A stretch of 62,123 nt of DNA, the filler included, from Candidatus Delongbacteria bacterium (GTDB taxonomy: Bacteria; UBA4055): NCBI GenBank assembly GCA_016937995.1. It is 5 parts of 5 records of this genome, joined end to end, with 100 filler letters (N's around TTAATTAATTAA, not from the genome) between each part and the next. Parts side by side here need not be neighbours in the genome. Positions count along the whole stretch, not along the records: positions 1 to 30,333 come from JAFGVM010000003.1; 4 more parts are not named here. One strand, given 5' to 3'. The notes under the pieces were generated by a model that ran no database searches, was not told the DNA's origin, and saw only the letters and a list, made by a program, of their open reading frames with translations. How positions within the stretch are numbered: position 1 is the stretch's first letter; the number at the start of each line of letters is the position of its first letter. The position numbers and the translations under genes are program-made. Shown here piece by piece: positions 18,197 to 27,825 of the stretch.

Positions 18197-20605
18197 ATGT
18201 ACAAGAAAATTTTTATGCTATTTGTAGTATTCATGATCTCAGGTGTGATCTTTATGTCATGTAGTAGTGATGACGATGGAGGAGGAACGACACCAACACC
18301 TGATCCGAAACTAAGTATTATTTCACCAAATGGTGGAGAAATAGTACAAATGGGCGAAGATGTTTGGATACATTTCGAAAATGAACTTGATGGAGATGTA
18401 GCAATTTATCTTTACAAGAACGGTGATTCTTTAGATGTTGTAGATCCTTTAATCACTGTTCAGGATTCTACACTTTGGCTTGTGCCTACAACTTTAGATT
18501 CTGATAAAAATTACAAGTTGAAAATAGTGAGTGTAGATGATCCATCTATTTATGATTTCAGTGACGCTGAATTTATTATTGCTCCTGTAGGTGATTACAT
18601 AATGGTAAATTCGTCAGATGGTGGTGACATTTGGCTAAAAGGTTCTACTCATTCAATTACTTGGTACACTAATATGACAGGTACAGTGAGAATAGATCTT
18701 TATAAGGATAATATGCCTTACTTGCTGATTTACAACAATCAGGCAAATGATGGAACTCAGGGATGGACTATTCCTAACGATATTACAATCGATGCAAGCG
18801 CAGACTATACTCTTCGTATTCAGAGTGTAGAAAATATTTCGATATACGATGAAAGCGACAATTTCTTCTGTTTAGCTGAAGACCGTGATGATCAGAATAT
18901 TATAGGTGATTGGACAACAACATTCTCAAAACAACCTACTACATTCTACTTTGAAGCTGATGGAACTATTGTTGCTGATAGTCTCGGTACAGAGATGGGT
19001 GTAGGTACATGGGAGATGATCGGAAATGGAGTTAAGATAACTGATGAATTGTCAAGTGCTCATCTTATAGGTATCGTTGACGGCGACAATATGGATGGAA
19101 CGATGGCTGATGATTCTGGTTATAACGGAGACTGGACGGCTGAGAGAGTTATTCCTGAACTTTTAACTCCAAATGGTGGAGAAGTGTGGATGCATGGAAC
19201 TCAAGATTCTATAACTTGGGACCCATCTATAGCAGGAAATGTCGTAATAAGTTTAGCAGATACAACTGGTGTTGTCCAACCAATTGCTACAGTTTTAGGA
19301 TCTGATGGTCTTTATGTCTGGACTGTTCCAGCAACTATCGATCCAGGTGCTGCTTATTTGATTAGAATTGCAAAAGAGATCAATGGTGAAGCAATGGATC
19401 AAAGCGATAATTTTATTTGTATTTCTAGTGATGTGACTGTGGATATTCTTGGACAATGGGATTTTAATTGGTATTGGAAAGCTATGGCAGTTATAGAATT
19501 TTTCAATGACAATACATGGAGTTACGGAACATACAAAGTTACAGGTAACGGAATCAGATGGGACTATACAACTTCAGACACATATTACATTGGTATTATT
19601 GATGGTGATAAAATGTCCGGAACAATGACTGATGGTCATGGTATTACAGGAATTGGATGGGATGCTCAGAGAATCCTTGATATATTGACACCTAACGGTG
19701 GAGAAGTTTTTGATATGGGTGATATTGTTAATATTACATGGGATGAGACACTTACTGCTTCAGAAATTAGTGTTGACCTTTACGAAAATGATGTATTTGT
19801 TGAAAACTTAGGCATCGTGAATATAAATACGTATACAAGCTTCAACTGGACAGTTCCAAATTATCTTACAACAAGCACAAAATATAAGATCAGGATCACC
19901 AGTACAACATCTGATATCTATGACGAATGTGACAACTATTTTACAATTAACGGAGTAGCACCAGCTGCTTTTGAAGATGAGAATTTTGAAGATGGTGTTG
20001 CAGATAACTGGACAGCAGTAAATGGTAACTGGGCAGTTGTTGATAGTATATCAGTTTATCAGGGAACCGGAACAACACAAACCAACTCAGCAGTTCTTGA
20101 TTCTGCAAAGTCAGGTAATTTTGTTTACGAAGTAAAAATGAAAAAAGTAGCAGGAGTTTATTACTATGGAATAAATATCAATGGAGATCATACAACATTA
20201 GATGGTTGGGGTCAATGGAATTCAATGCTGTTTTACATAGACATTAGCTCTGATGAATATTCCTTCAGAAGAAATCTTGGGGGATCCTGGACTTCATTAG
20301 CTACTGGTACATCATCAGCAGTTAACTTAGGTCTTGATCAGTGGAACACATTTAAAGTGATCGTGGTCAATGAGACAAATGATTATCATTTATTTATCAA
20401 TGATGAGTATTTAGGTACTGTACATGATACAACATACACTGGTGGAGAACTTGGATTGTTCCAATGGGAATCAGTTGGTGGTGTAATAGATGTTGATTAT
20501 GTGAAAGTAACTCCGATAAATAAATCTGATCTGGATAAAATTAACATCAGAAGGATCAGTAATTCAGTTGTGGGAAATGAAGATCCTTTTATACCAGGAA
20601 AATAA
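18197..20605 (+). CDS. Modular lipoprotein: four PNGGE-type Ig-like domains (Kre9/Ser-Thr-rich family), two lipocalin-like domains, C-terminal ConA-like (DUF1080-like) domain
   Basis: Lipobox FMSC; repeats SPNGGE..W..Y.(L/I)RI...D.SD..F; C-terminal WNTFKV....FIND......D.....G..GL. Confidence 0.75.
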   Translation: MYKKIFMLFVVFMISGVIFMSCSSDDDGGGTTPTPDPKLSIISPNGGEIVQMGEDVWIHFENELDGDVAIYLYKNGDSLDVVDPLITVQDSTLWLVPTTLDSDKNYKLKIVSVDDPSIYDFSDAEFIIAPVGDYIMVNSSDGGDIWLKGSTHSITWYTNMTGTVRIDLYKDNMPYLLIYNNQANDGTQGWTIPNDITIDASADYTLRIQSVENISIYDESDNFFCLAEDRDDQNIIGDWTTTFSKQPTTFYFEADGTIVADSLGTEMGVGTWEMIGNGVKITDELSSAHLIGIVDGDNMDGTMADDSGYNGDWTAERVIPELLTPNGGEVWMHGTQDSITWDPSIAGNVVISLADTTGVVQPIATVLGSDGLYVWTVPATIDPGAAYLIRIAKEINGEAMDQSDNFICISSDVTVDILGQWDFNWYWKAMAVIEFFNDNTWSYGTYKVTGNGIRWDYTTSDTYYIGIIDGDKMSGTMTDGHGITGIGWDAQRILDILTPNGGEVFDMGDIVNITWDETLTASEISVDLYENDVFVENLGIVNINTYTSFNWTVPNYLTTSTKYKIRITSTTSDIYDECDNYFTINGVAPAAFEDENFEDGVADNWTAVNGNWAVVDSISVYQGTGTTQTNSAVLDSAKSGNFVYEVKMKKVAGVYYYGININGDHTTLDGWGQWNSMLFYIDISSDEYSFRRNLGGSWTSLATGTSSAVNLGLDQWNTFKVIVVNETNDYHLFINDEYLGTVHDTTYTGGELGLFQWESVGGVIDVDYVKVTPINKSDLDKINIRRISNSVVGNEDPFIPGK

Positions 20606-20722
20606 ACACATAAATTTGATAAAAGATAAGAGAGGCTGTGTCAAGCAGTCTCTTTTATTCTTGCTCATTATTTGAAATTTGACTAATCTGTACTTGGAGA
20701 CAACTAAAAAACGAGGGATATA

Positions 20723-22087
20723 ATGTTAAAAAAACTAAGTCTTATCACAGTTCTGTTATTTTCACTTCTGATAGTATTCATTGGATGTGACAGTGATACA
20801 ACAAATCCATCCGGATCAGGAGAACCATTTTTAGTACTGACTTCTCCAAATGGAGGCGATGTGTTACAGGTAAGTGTATCTTACATGATTACCTGGAATG
20901 ATAATATTTCGGGTAATATAAATATTGAAGTGCATCAAGGTGTAGGTAATGTGGTACAAACTTATACTGAAGTTCCAAGTAACGGAGAGTATCAGATAAC
21001 GATCCCGATCGATGCTACTCTTGCATCAGATTACAAGATCAAGTTGATAAGTGTACAAGATTCAAGTCTATATGACACAAGCGATGACTTTTTTGAAATC
21101 TCAGATTATGTGAGTGATGGCAATGATGATCCAACTACAGCTACACAATTGACTATTCCACATACCGGTGATTATGCAATTTACGGCAGCAATGATGTGG
21201 ACTGGTACAGAGTTTATCTTTATTCTGGAATTACATACTATTTCAGGAATACTTCTGCAGAGGATTTTGACTCAGAATTCTTTTTATATAAAGGTAATGC
21301 AGCAGGAACTGATCTTGGAATTTCAGCTGTAGTTCAGGTAGATGATGGTGATACAAGTCTTCAACCAAATTTTGAATATACTCCGGACGAAACTTCTTAT
21401 TACTATCTGAGAGTTGCCTATTACTCTAATAATCCTGCTAAAGCTAAACAGTATGATACAGGTTATTATACTTTATCAATATCTAATTCAGATATCTACG
21501 GAAATTTACTTGTAACTTCTCCTGATGGTGGTGAAGTCTGGTTGATGGGATCAGGTCATAATATTATTTGGAGTGACGATAATATCAACACTGGTAACGT
21601 TGATATTGATCTTTACATTGATGGTATGTTTGAAATGGTCATCGCTAACGGCGTTGCAAATAACGGAAATTATTACTGGTCTATTCCATCAACTCTTGAT
21701 CCGGGATCTGAATATCAGATAAGGATCATCAATTCAGATGACCAGGGGATAAATGACTATAGTGATTATCCGTTCTGTATATCTCAAAATGTTTATGCAA
21801 ATGTGATCGGAGAATGGTATTTCTTTCCATACGGAAAACAGGAGGATGAATATACAGTGATCTTCAATTCTGATCATTCACTTATTTATAGAGTTACTGA
21901 TAATGGAAGTGACAGTGATTATCCTGGAACTTGGTCATTAACAGGAAATGGCGTTAGGTTCGATATCAGTACAGACGGTTTTTATCCATACTGCATAGGA
22001 ATTGTTGTAGATGACATCATGACCGGAACATGGTATGAAGGAGGAGATGTTGGCTACTGGTATGGATCAAGGTACCAGGTAAAATAG
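20723..22087 (+). CDS. Modular lipoprotein: PNGGE-type Ig-like domains, PPC-like domain, lipocalin-like domain
   Basis: Lipobox FIGC; SPNGGD and SPDGGE repeats; ND....A..L...DVDWYRV...YYLRV...G.YTLSI. Confidence 0.75.
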   Translation: MLKKLSLITVLLFSLLIVFIGCDSDTTNPSGSGEPFLVLTSPNGGDVLQVSVSYMITWNDNISGNINIEVHQGVGNVVQTYTEVPSNGEYQITIPIDATLASDYKIKLISVQDSSLYDTSDDFFEISDYVSDGNDDPTTATQLTIPHTGDYAIYGSNDVDWYRVYLYSGITYYFRNTSAEDFDSEFFLYKGNAAGTDLGISAVVQVDDGDTSLQPNFEYTPDETSYYYLRVAYYSNNPAKAKQYDTGYYTLSISNSDIYGNLLVTSPDGGEVWLMGSGHNIIWSDDNINTGNVDIDLYIDGMFEMVIANGVANNGNYYWSIPSTLDPGSEYQIRIINSDDQGINDYSDYPFCISQNVYANVIGEWYFFPYGKQEDEYTVIFNSDHSLIYRVTDNGSDSDYPGTWSLTGNGVRFDISTDGFYPYCIGIVVDDIMTGTWYEGGDVGYWYGSRYQVK

Positions 22088-22108
22088 ACACACACAATAT
22101 CTTATTAC

Positions 22109-22135
22109 AAGGCTATCAATCGATAGCCTTTTTTT
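22109..22135 (+). terminator. Intrinsic terminator
   Basis: GGCTATC-AATC-GATAGCC followed by T7. Confidence 0.8.
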
Positions 22136-22172
22136 ATTCCCGGAAATCTGAGAAATATTTTTTCATTTTTAC

Positions 22173-22201
22173 TTGACAAACCAAAATGTTTTGTTTAATT
22201 T
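22173..22201 (+). promoter_or_regulatory. sigma70-type promoter of the dcw cluster
   Basis: TTGACA (22173)-17 nt-TAATTT. Confidence 0.6.
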
Positions 22202-22210
22202 TTAACACAA

Positions 22211-22243
22211 GTGTATAAAAATGTATAAAAATGTATAAAAATG
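22211..22243 (+). promoter_or_regulatory. Three direct 10-bp repeats, probable MraZ operator
   Basis: GTGTATAAAA ATGTATAAAA ATGTATAAAA between the promoter and mraZ. Confidence 0.65.
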
Positions 22244-22248
22244 AGCAC

Positions 22249-22704
22249 ATGAGTAGTTTTTCCGGAACATATAGTTACACAGTAGATGACAAAGGAAGAA
22301 TTAATTTTAAAAAATTCTTAAAAAGACTATCCTCAGAAGAAAGGACAAACCCGAATTATCATTTGATGAGACAATCGATCGAATCACCGGGGGATAAAAA
22401 ACGATATCCGTTCTTTTATATTTTTACAGAAAGCACTTGGGAAAATTTCTACAATGAGAAAGTAAAGAACATGCCAACTCCAAAGAGACTAAATCTTCTC
22501 AGCAATCTATGCGGAGAATCATCTCTGGACAGTTCTGAAAGAATTACATTCCCAAAAGAATTCCTTGATTTTATCAAGGCTAAGAAAGCTCTGGTATTAC
22601 AAGGTGATGGTTCGCTCATTCAAGTCTGGTCAAAAGAGAATTATGATAAGTATATCTCAAAGGTCGGAACTCCGGATGAATCAATGTTAGATATGTTCAG
22701 CTAA
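22249..22704 (+). CDS. mraZ: Transcriptional regulator MraZ (divergent)
   Basis: F.G.Y..TVDDKGRI and second repeat LDSSERITFP..L.G.G..IQVWS; directly upstream of rsmH; start moved from 22231 to the ATG at 22249. Confidence 0.85.
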   Translation: MSSFSGTYSYTVDDKGRINFKKFLKRLSSEERTNPNYHLMRQSIESPGDKKRYPFFYIFTESTWENFYNEKVKNMPTPKRLNLLSNLCGESSLDSSERITFPKEFLDFIKAKKALVLQGDGSLIQVWSKENYDKYISKVGTPDESMLDMFS

Positions 22705-22770
22705 AATAGAAATACACGACTCTCCTCCGCTTCCTCGGAAGCGGATTTTATATTTTAAAGAGACTGCTAA

Positions 22771-23703
22771 ATGACAGACAGAGATTGTTATCATATCCCG
22801 GTTATGCTAAAGGAAACTTTAGACAGTTTTCTTATAGATAAGGATGGTGATTATCTGGATTGTACTCTCGGAGGGGGAGGGCATGCTAAAGCGATACTTG
22901 AAATTATTTCAGAGAAAGGAACATTACTTGGAATAGACAGAGATGAAGAGGCTATTGACCAGGCAAGTTCACTATTGAATTCCTATAAGAATTTTTCAGC
23001 TGCGAACATATCATTTGCGAATATTATGAAGCTTGATAATATAGTGTTCGGCTTAAAGTTCGATGGTATTCTGATGGACCTTGGAGTTTCCTCTCATCAG
23101 ATCGATGAACCCCGGAGAGGATTTTCTTACCTTAGCTCGGGCAAGCTGGACATGAGAATGAACAAGAATGATGAATTGGATGCTTATACTGTTGTTAATA
23201 ATTATACCGAGGAAAAGCTGAAAGAGATATTCTACAAGTATGGAGAAGAGAAGAAGGCAAGATATATAGCTTTGAATATTTGCAAAGCAAGGGAAGAAAA
23301 TCCGATAAGAACAACAAAAGAGCTGAGTGAAATTATTGAAAGATCAGTTCCGTATAAAAACAGGATAAAATCACTTTCAAGGATATTTCAGGCTATCAGG
23401 ATCGAAGTTAATAATGAACTTGGAGAGATCGAGGAATTTTTGAAAATATCGTTGAAGATACTGAAAAAAAAAGGCAGAGTAGCTGTGATGTCATACCATT
23501 CACTTGAAGATAGGATAGTAAAGAAGTTCATTAATGATATGGCTGAAGGATGTATCTGTCCAAAGGATTTCCCTCAGTGCATATGCAATAAAGTACCGAT
23601 AGTAAAAAAAATAACAAAAAAACCGATAATCGCTTCTGATGAGGAAATAAAGATAAATCCAAGAGCCAGAAGTACAAAGCTTAGAGTTTTTGAATTGATC
23701 TAA
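22771..23703 (+). CDS. rsmH: 16S rRNA m4C1402 methyltransferase RsmH
   Basis: HIPVML.E, DCTLGGGGHA, DLGVSS.Q.D, FQAIRIEVN.EL, SYHSLEDRIVK, NPRARS. Confidence 0.98.
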   Translation: MTDRDCYHIPVMLKETLDSFLIDKDGDYLDCTLGGGGHAKAILEIISEKGTLLGIDRDEEAIDQASSLLNSYKNFSAANISFANIMKLDNIVFGLKFDGILMDLGVSSHQIDEPRRGFSYLSSGKLDMRMNKNDELDAYTVVNNYTEEKLKEIFYKYGEEKKARYIALNICKAREENPIRTTKELSEIIERSVPYKNRIKSLSRIFQAIRIEVNNELGEIEEFLKISLKILKKKGRVAVMSYHSLEDRIVKKFINDMAEGCICPKDFPQCICNKVPIVKKITKKPIIASDEEIKINPRARSTKLRVFELI

Positions 23704-23759
23704 TGCAACTATAGACTGTCAACAAAAAACTGTGAATTGTGAAAGTTAAGGAGGAAATA

Positions 23760-24194
23760 ATGAGAACAGATAGAAGATTATACAAAAGAGGAAATGGTGC
23801 TCATGTACTGAAAAAAAGATTTTCAATACTTTCATCGCTTATAGTAATAATGCCTGTTGTTGTTGTAATAATAGCATATGTTTATAAAAATCAGGGCATA
23901 AAAAGTATATCTATGAAATTGAATGAACTTAATTCAACTAAAATTCAATTAATTGAAGAGTATGAGAGATTATGTTCCGATTATGAAAAAATGAATTCCT
24001 TTATTGAAGTAAAAAATTATGCTGAAAATAATTTAGGGATGAAGCAGTCGACAAATAATCTAGGATATTTCGTAGTATATGATAACAGATCGATCTTCAA
24101 GAACAATGATATTTCTAATTTGCCGAAATTATTTGAAAGCAGTGTTGATCTGGCAATGATAAAGACTGACAACATTTACCATAATCCTGAATAA
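23760..24194 (+). CDS. ftsL: FtsL-like cell division protein
   Basis: Single TM helix plus coiled coil ending A...LGM; between rsmH and ftsI; AAGGAGG before the ATG at 23760. Confidence 0.7.
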   Translation: MRTDRRLYKRGNGAHVLKKRFSILSSLIVIMPVVVVIIAYVYKNQGIKSISMKLNELNSTKIQLIEEYERLCSDYEKMNSFIEVKNYAENNLGMKQSTNNLGYFVVYDNRSIFKNNDISNLPKLFESSVDLAMIKTDNIYHNPE

Positions 24195-24211
24195 TATAAA
24201 TCCCGGAAAAA

Positions 24212-26374
24212 ATGAACAGCTCCAGAAGAATAAAAAATCTTAATGAAAGTCCTCAAAGGAAACACAAATCAAGGGTCGTACTGATCAATTTATTCTTCGT
24301 GCTGAGTTTTTTTGTTATAATAATAAAGTTGTACAGTATTCAGATCATTAAGCATGATATCTATGCTAAAAGGTATAAAGAACAATCCAGAAAAAAGATA
24401 AATATATTTGCTCCGAAAGGTAATATTTACGACAGAAATTATAATAAATTAGCAGAGAATATAGGAGTAAATTACGCTTTCGGTATCAATACAAAAAGAG
24501 TTTCAAATTGTAAAGACCTGGCGAAAAGAATAGCAACAATTACTGGCGAAGATCACAGATCATATTATAAAACCCTGAAGTCGAAAAAAGGTTTTATATG
24601 GGTTACAAGAAAGCTGAATGAGAAACAGAGAGAAAAAATTTTGGATATCCTCAACGAGGAGGAAAGTTCTGCAGCTTCATTTAAAGTTACAGCGAACAGA
24701 GTTTATCCTCAGGGAAAAGTTGGTGGTCAGATAGTTGGTTATACTGATATCGACGGCAAAGGAATGAGCGGTATTGAAAAAGAGTTCGATGAGTATTTGA
24801 CCGGTCAGGACGGCTGGGAGTATATATACAAGGATGCGAGACAGAATAAATCTTTCAGCAGTACAATTCAAAAAAAATTACCGGGTGCGGGAAATAGTGT
24901 AATCCTTACGATCGATAATCATTATCAGGCTATTGTTGAAGAGGAACTGGAAAATGTTGTAAAAAAATGGAAAGCAAATAAAGCTGCGGGAATAATCATG
25001 GACCCTCAGACCGGAGAAATACTTGCAATGTCAAGTTATCCGAACTTTGATCCAAATAATCCGGGAGAATATACAGCATTTGAAAGAAAAAATAAGGCTA
25101 TTACAGATATATATGAACCTGGTTCAACTTTGAAAGGGATCACAGCGGGAATGTTGTTCGAAGAAAATCTTGTAGATGAGGAAGAGATGTTCTTCTGCAG
25201 CAATGAAGGCGTGAAAATCGGCAACAGAACTATCAAAGATTCACATAAGAACGAAGAAGAAAATATGTCATTCAGGGAAGTAATAGCTCATTCAAGTAAT
25301 GTTGGTACAGTGAAAGCTGTTCTTAAAATGGACGACAGTAAATTTTATGAATATCTGAGATCTTTCGGTTTCGGAGACAAGACCGATATAAAATTGACCG
25401 GAGAGGTCAAAGGAATGTTGTTGAAGCTCAGGAACTGGAGTAAAACTTCAAAACCGACAATGAGTTTCGGCCAGGGAATAAGTGTTACACCATTACAGCT
25501 GGCTTCATCTTATTGCGCTATAGCTAACGGGGGAAAGCTGTTGAAGCCGATGCTTGTGAAAGGTATCATAGATAAAAACAATAAAGTTATAAAGAAATAT
25601 GATCCTCAGGTGATCAGAAAAGTATTTTCTGAAAAAACGACTGCCCGTGTTAGGAATTTGTTGAGAGGAGTTGTTGAGTTCGGATCAGCACCCCTTGCTG
25701 AAATACCCGGACTTAGAGTTGGCGGAAAGACCGGAACATCACAAAAAGTTGTTAACGGCAAATACTCAAAAAAGGATTACGATGCAAGTTTCGTTGGTAT
25801 GATCCCGTACGATAATCCCAGACTTGTATGTTTAATTGTTGTTGATTCTCCAAAACCATATCACTGGGGAGGTACGGTTGCAGCTCCTGTGTTTAAAAAT
25901 ATTGTTGAAAGGATCTATAACGAACATAAATCAAAAGTATTCATTGATGAAAAAAATTATGTGCGGTATAAAGATATTCCCGATCTACTGAATAAGGACA
26001 TTGAAGAAGTTTCGGAGTTGCTTAATAATAAAGGAATTAATTATAAATACCTTGGAAAGAACAGTAAAGTATTATATCAATCAAAAAAACCATACTCACT
26101 GATATCCCCGATGGATACTCTGATTATTTCCGACAGACTTCCTGAATATGTTGATGAAAGCGTCAATCTTGTTCCTTCAGTACTGAATCTTTCTCTGAGA
26201 GAAGCAGTAAACAAAATGCATAAAGCCGGGATCGAAACAAGGGTATTCGGATCAGGGAATGTATTTGAGCAGTCCTTACATTATGGGATTAATGAAAATA
26301 CAGCAAAGATATGCAGTTTATACTGTAAACCTTTAATTCCACAAGATAAACTAACAGCAAAGATAGGCTTATGA
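24212..26374 (+). CDS. ftsI: Class B penicillin-binding protein FtsI with PASTA domains
   Basis: EPGSTLK (SxxK), HSSN, GKTGT; C-terminal IPDL and VPSV PASTA-like repeats. Confidence 0.93.
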   Translation: MNSSRRIKNLNESPQRKHKSRVVLINLFFVLSFFVIIIKLYSIQIIKHDIYAKRYKEQSRKKINIFAPKGNIYDRNYNKLAENIGVNYAFGINTKRVSNCKDLAKRIATITGEDHRSYYKTLKSKKGFIWVTRKLNEKQREKILDILNEEESSAASFKVTANRVYPQGKVGGQIVGYTDIDGKGMSGIEKEFDEYLTGQDGWEYIYKDARQNKSFSSTIQKKLPGAGNSVILTIDNHYQAIVEEELENVVKKWKANKAAGIIMDPQTGEILAMSSYPNFDPNNPGEYTAFERKNKAITDIYEPGSTLKGITAGMLFEENLVDEEEMFFCSNEGVKIGNRTIKDSHKNEEENMSFREVIAHSSNVGTVKAVLKMDDSKFYEYLRSFGFGDKTDIKLTGEVKGMLLKLRNWSKTSKPTMSFGQGISVTPLQLASSYCAIANGGKLLKPMLVKGIIDKNNKVIKKYDPQVIRKVFSEKTTARVRNLLRGVVEFGSAPLAEIPGLRVGGKTGTSQKVVNGKYSKKDYDASFVGMIPYDNPRLVCLIVVDSPKPYHWGGTVAAPVFKNIVERIYNEHKSKVFIDEKNYVRYKDIPDLLNKDIEEVSELLNNKGINYKYLGKNSKVLYQSKKPYSLISPMDTLIISDRLPEYVDESVNLVPSVLNLSLREAVNKMHKAGIETRVFGSGNVFEQSLHYGINENTAKICSLYCKPLIPQDKLTAKIGL

Positions 26375-27822
26375 AATTAAATGATATCCTGGAAAATATT
26401 GATGCGATACAGGTAGATAATTTTTCAAATATAGAAATAAAACAGGTTGTATCTGATTCGAGAGAAAATTTTAAAGATTCGATATTTATCGCTGTGAAGG
26501 GTTTGCAAAGTGATGGAACATCTTTTGTGAAAACTGCAATAGAAAATGGTTCGGTTGCTGTAGTTTATGAAACAGAGATAAAAGAGAAAGTTGAAAATGT
26601 CGTATACATTAAAGTAAAGGACTCAAGAGCTATACAATCAAAGATAGCTTCTATCGTTTACGGTCATCCTGCTGAAAAACTTAAATTGATAGGTGTTACC
26701 GGTACCAACGGTAAAACTTCTTTTGCATATATTTTCCGTCATATAATTAATTATTCAGAGATCAAATGTTGTATGCTGGGGACTACTGAGTATGATCTGG
26801 GTAAAAGAAAATATGTTCCTCTCAGGACTACCCCCGATGCTGTATTTCTACAGAGATACCTTAAAGAGATGGTTTCATCGGGATGCTCAATGGCCGTACT
26901 GGAGGTCTCATCTCACGCGCTGGCATTAAAAAGAGTTGAAGAGGTTGAATTTGACATTTCTGTATATACCAACCTTAGCCAGGACCATTTGGATTTTCAT
27001 GAAAATATGGAAGATTACGCTGAGGCAAAATCATTACTGTTCTCTGACCATACAAAGAAAGGCGGGTCAATAGTTTTGAACAGGGATGATGATCATTTTT
27101 CATTGATGAGAAGTAAAGCCGGTGCAAAAGTTATAACTTATTCTATGATAAGGGATGATGCAGACCTTTTCATCAGGAATCACGAGTATGTAAAAAAAGG
27201 CATGAAGATATGCTTTAAATTTAATGATCAGGAATATGAAATAACAACAAATCTAACCGGGGATTACCAGGCATATAATATTGCTGCAGCAATATTAGCG
27301 GCTGAAAAAGTCGGAATTAAAATAGAGGACATCATAACTTCTTTCAGGGACGAAATAAATATTCCCGGAAGAATGGAATTGATAAGGGATGAAGAATTTA
27401 AAGTATATATAGATTATGCTCATACTCCTGATGCTTTGGAGAGATCTTTGAAAAGTATCGAGAATTTTGCAGCAAAAAGGATCATCACAGTTTTTGGATG
27501 CGGAGGCAACAGAGATAAAGATAAAAGGTCTATAATGGGTAAAGTAGCCACAGAATTATCGGATTATGTTTATATCACTTCTGATAATCCGAGATATGAG
27601 GATCAAAATGAAATTATTACAGCAATTTTGGAAGGTATAAGTTCAGTGAACTATGAAGTTATTCCTGATAGAAAATTGGCTATAAAAACCGCAATAGAAA
27701 ATGCCAGGGAAGGGGATATTATCCTTATTGCAGGTAAGGGACATGAAACATATCAGGAGATAAATGGTGTTAATTATCCTTTCTCTGATAAAAAGATCGC
27801 TCAGGAACACAAAAGAAAATAG
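26371..27822 (+). CDS. murE: UDP-MurNAc-tripeptide ligase MurE (meso-DAP type)
   Basis: GVTGTNGKT, EVSSHAL, DHLDFH, DYAHTPDAL, DNPR, AGKGHE. Confidence 0.97.
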   Translation: MKLNDILENIDAIQVDNFSNIEIKQVVSDSRENFKDSIFIAVKGLQSDGTSFVKTAIENGSVAVVYETEIKEKVENVVYIKVKDSRAIQSKIASIVYGHPAEKLKLIGVTGTNGKTSFAYIFRHIINYSEIKCCMLGTTEYDLGKRKYVPLRTTPDAVFLQRYLKEMVSSGCSMAVLEVSSHALALKRVEEVEFDISVYTNLSQDHLDFHENMEDYAEAKSLLFSDHTKKGGSIVLNRDDDHFSLMRSKAGAKVITYSMIRDDADLFIRNHEYVKKGMKICFKFNDQEYEITTNLTGDYQAYNIAAAILAAEKVGIKIEDIITSFRDEINIPGRMELIRDEEFKVYIDYAHTPDALERSLKSIENFAAKRIITVFGCGGNRDKDKRSIMGKVATELSDYVYITSDNPRYEDQNEIITAILEGISSVNYEVIPDRKLAIKTAIENAREGDIILIAGKGHETYQEINGVNYPFSDKKIAQEHKRK

Positions 27823-27825
27823 AAT

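Noticed and set aside
22231..22248. Longer mraZ start MYKNEH
   Set aside because: This ATG lies inside the operator repeats; MraZ similarity begins after ATG 22249
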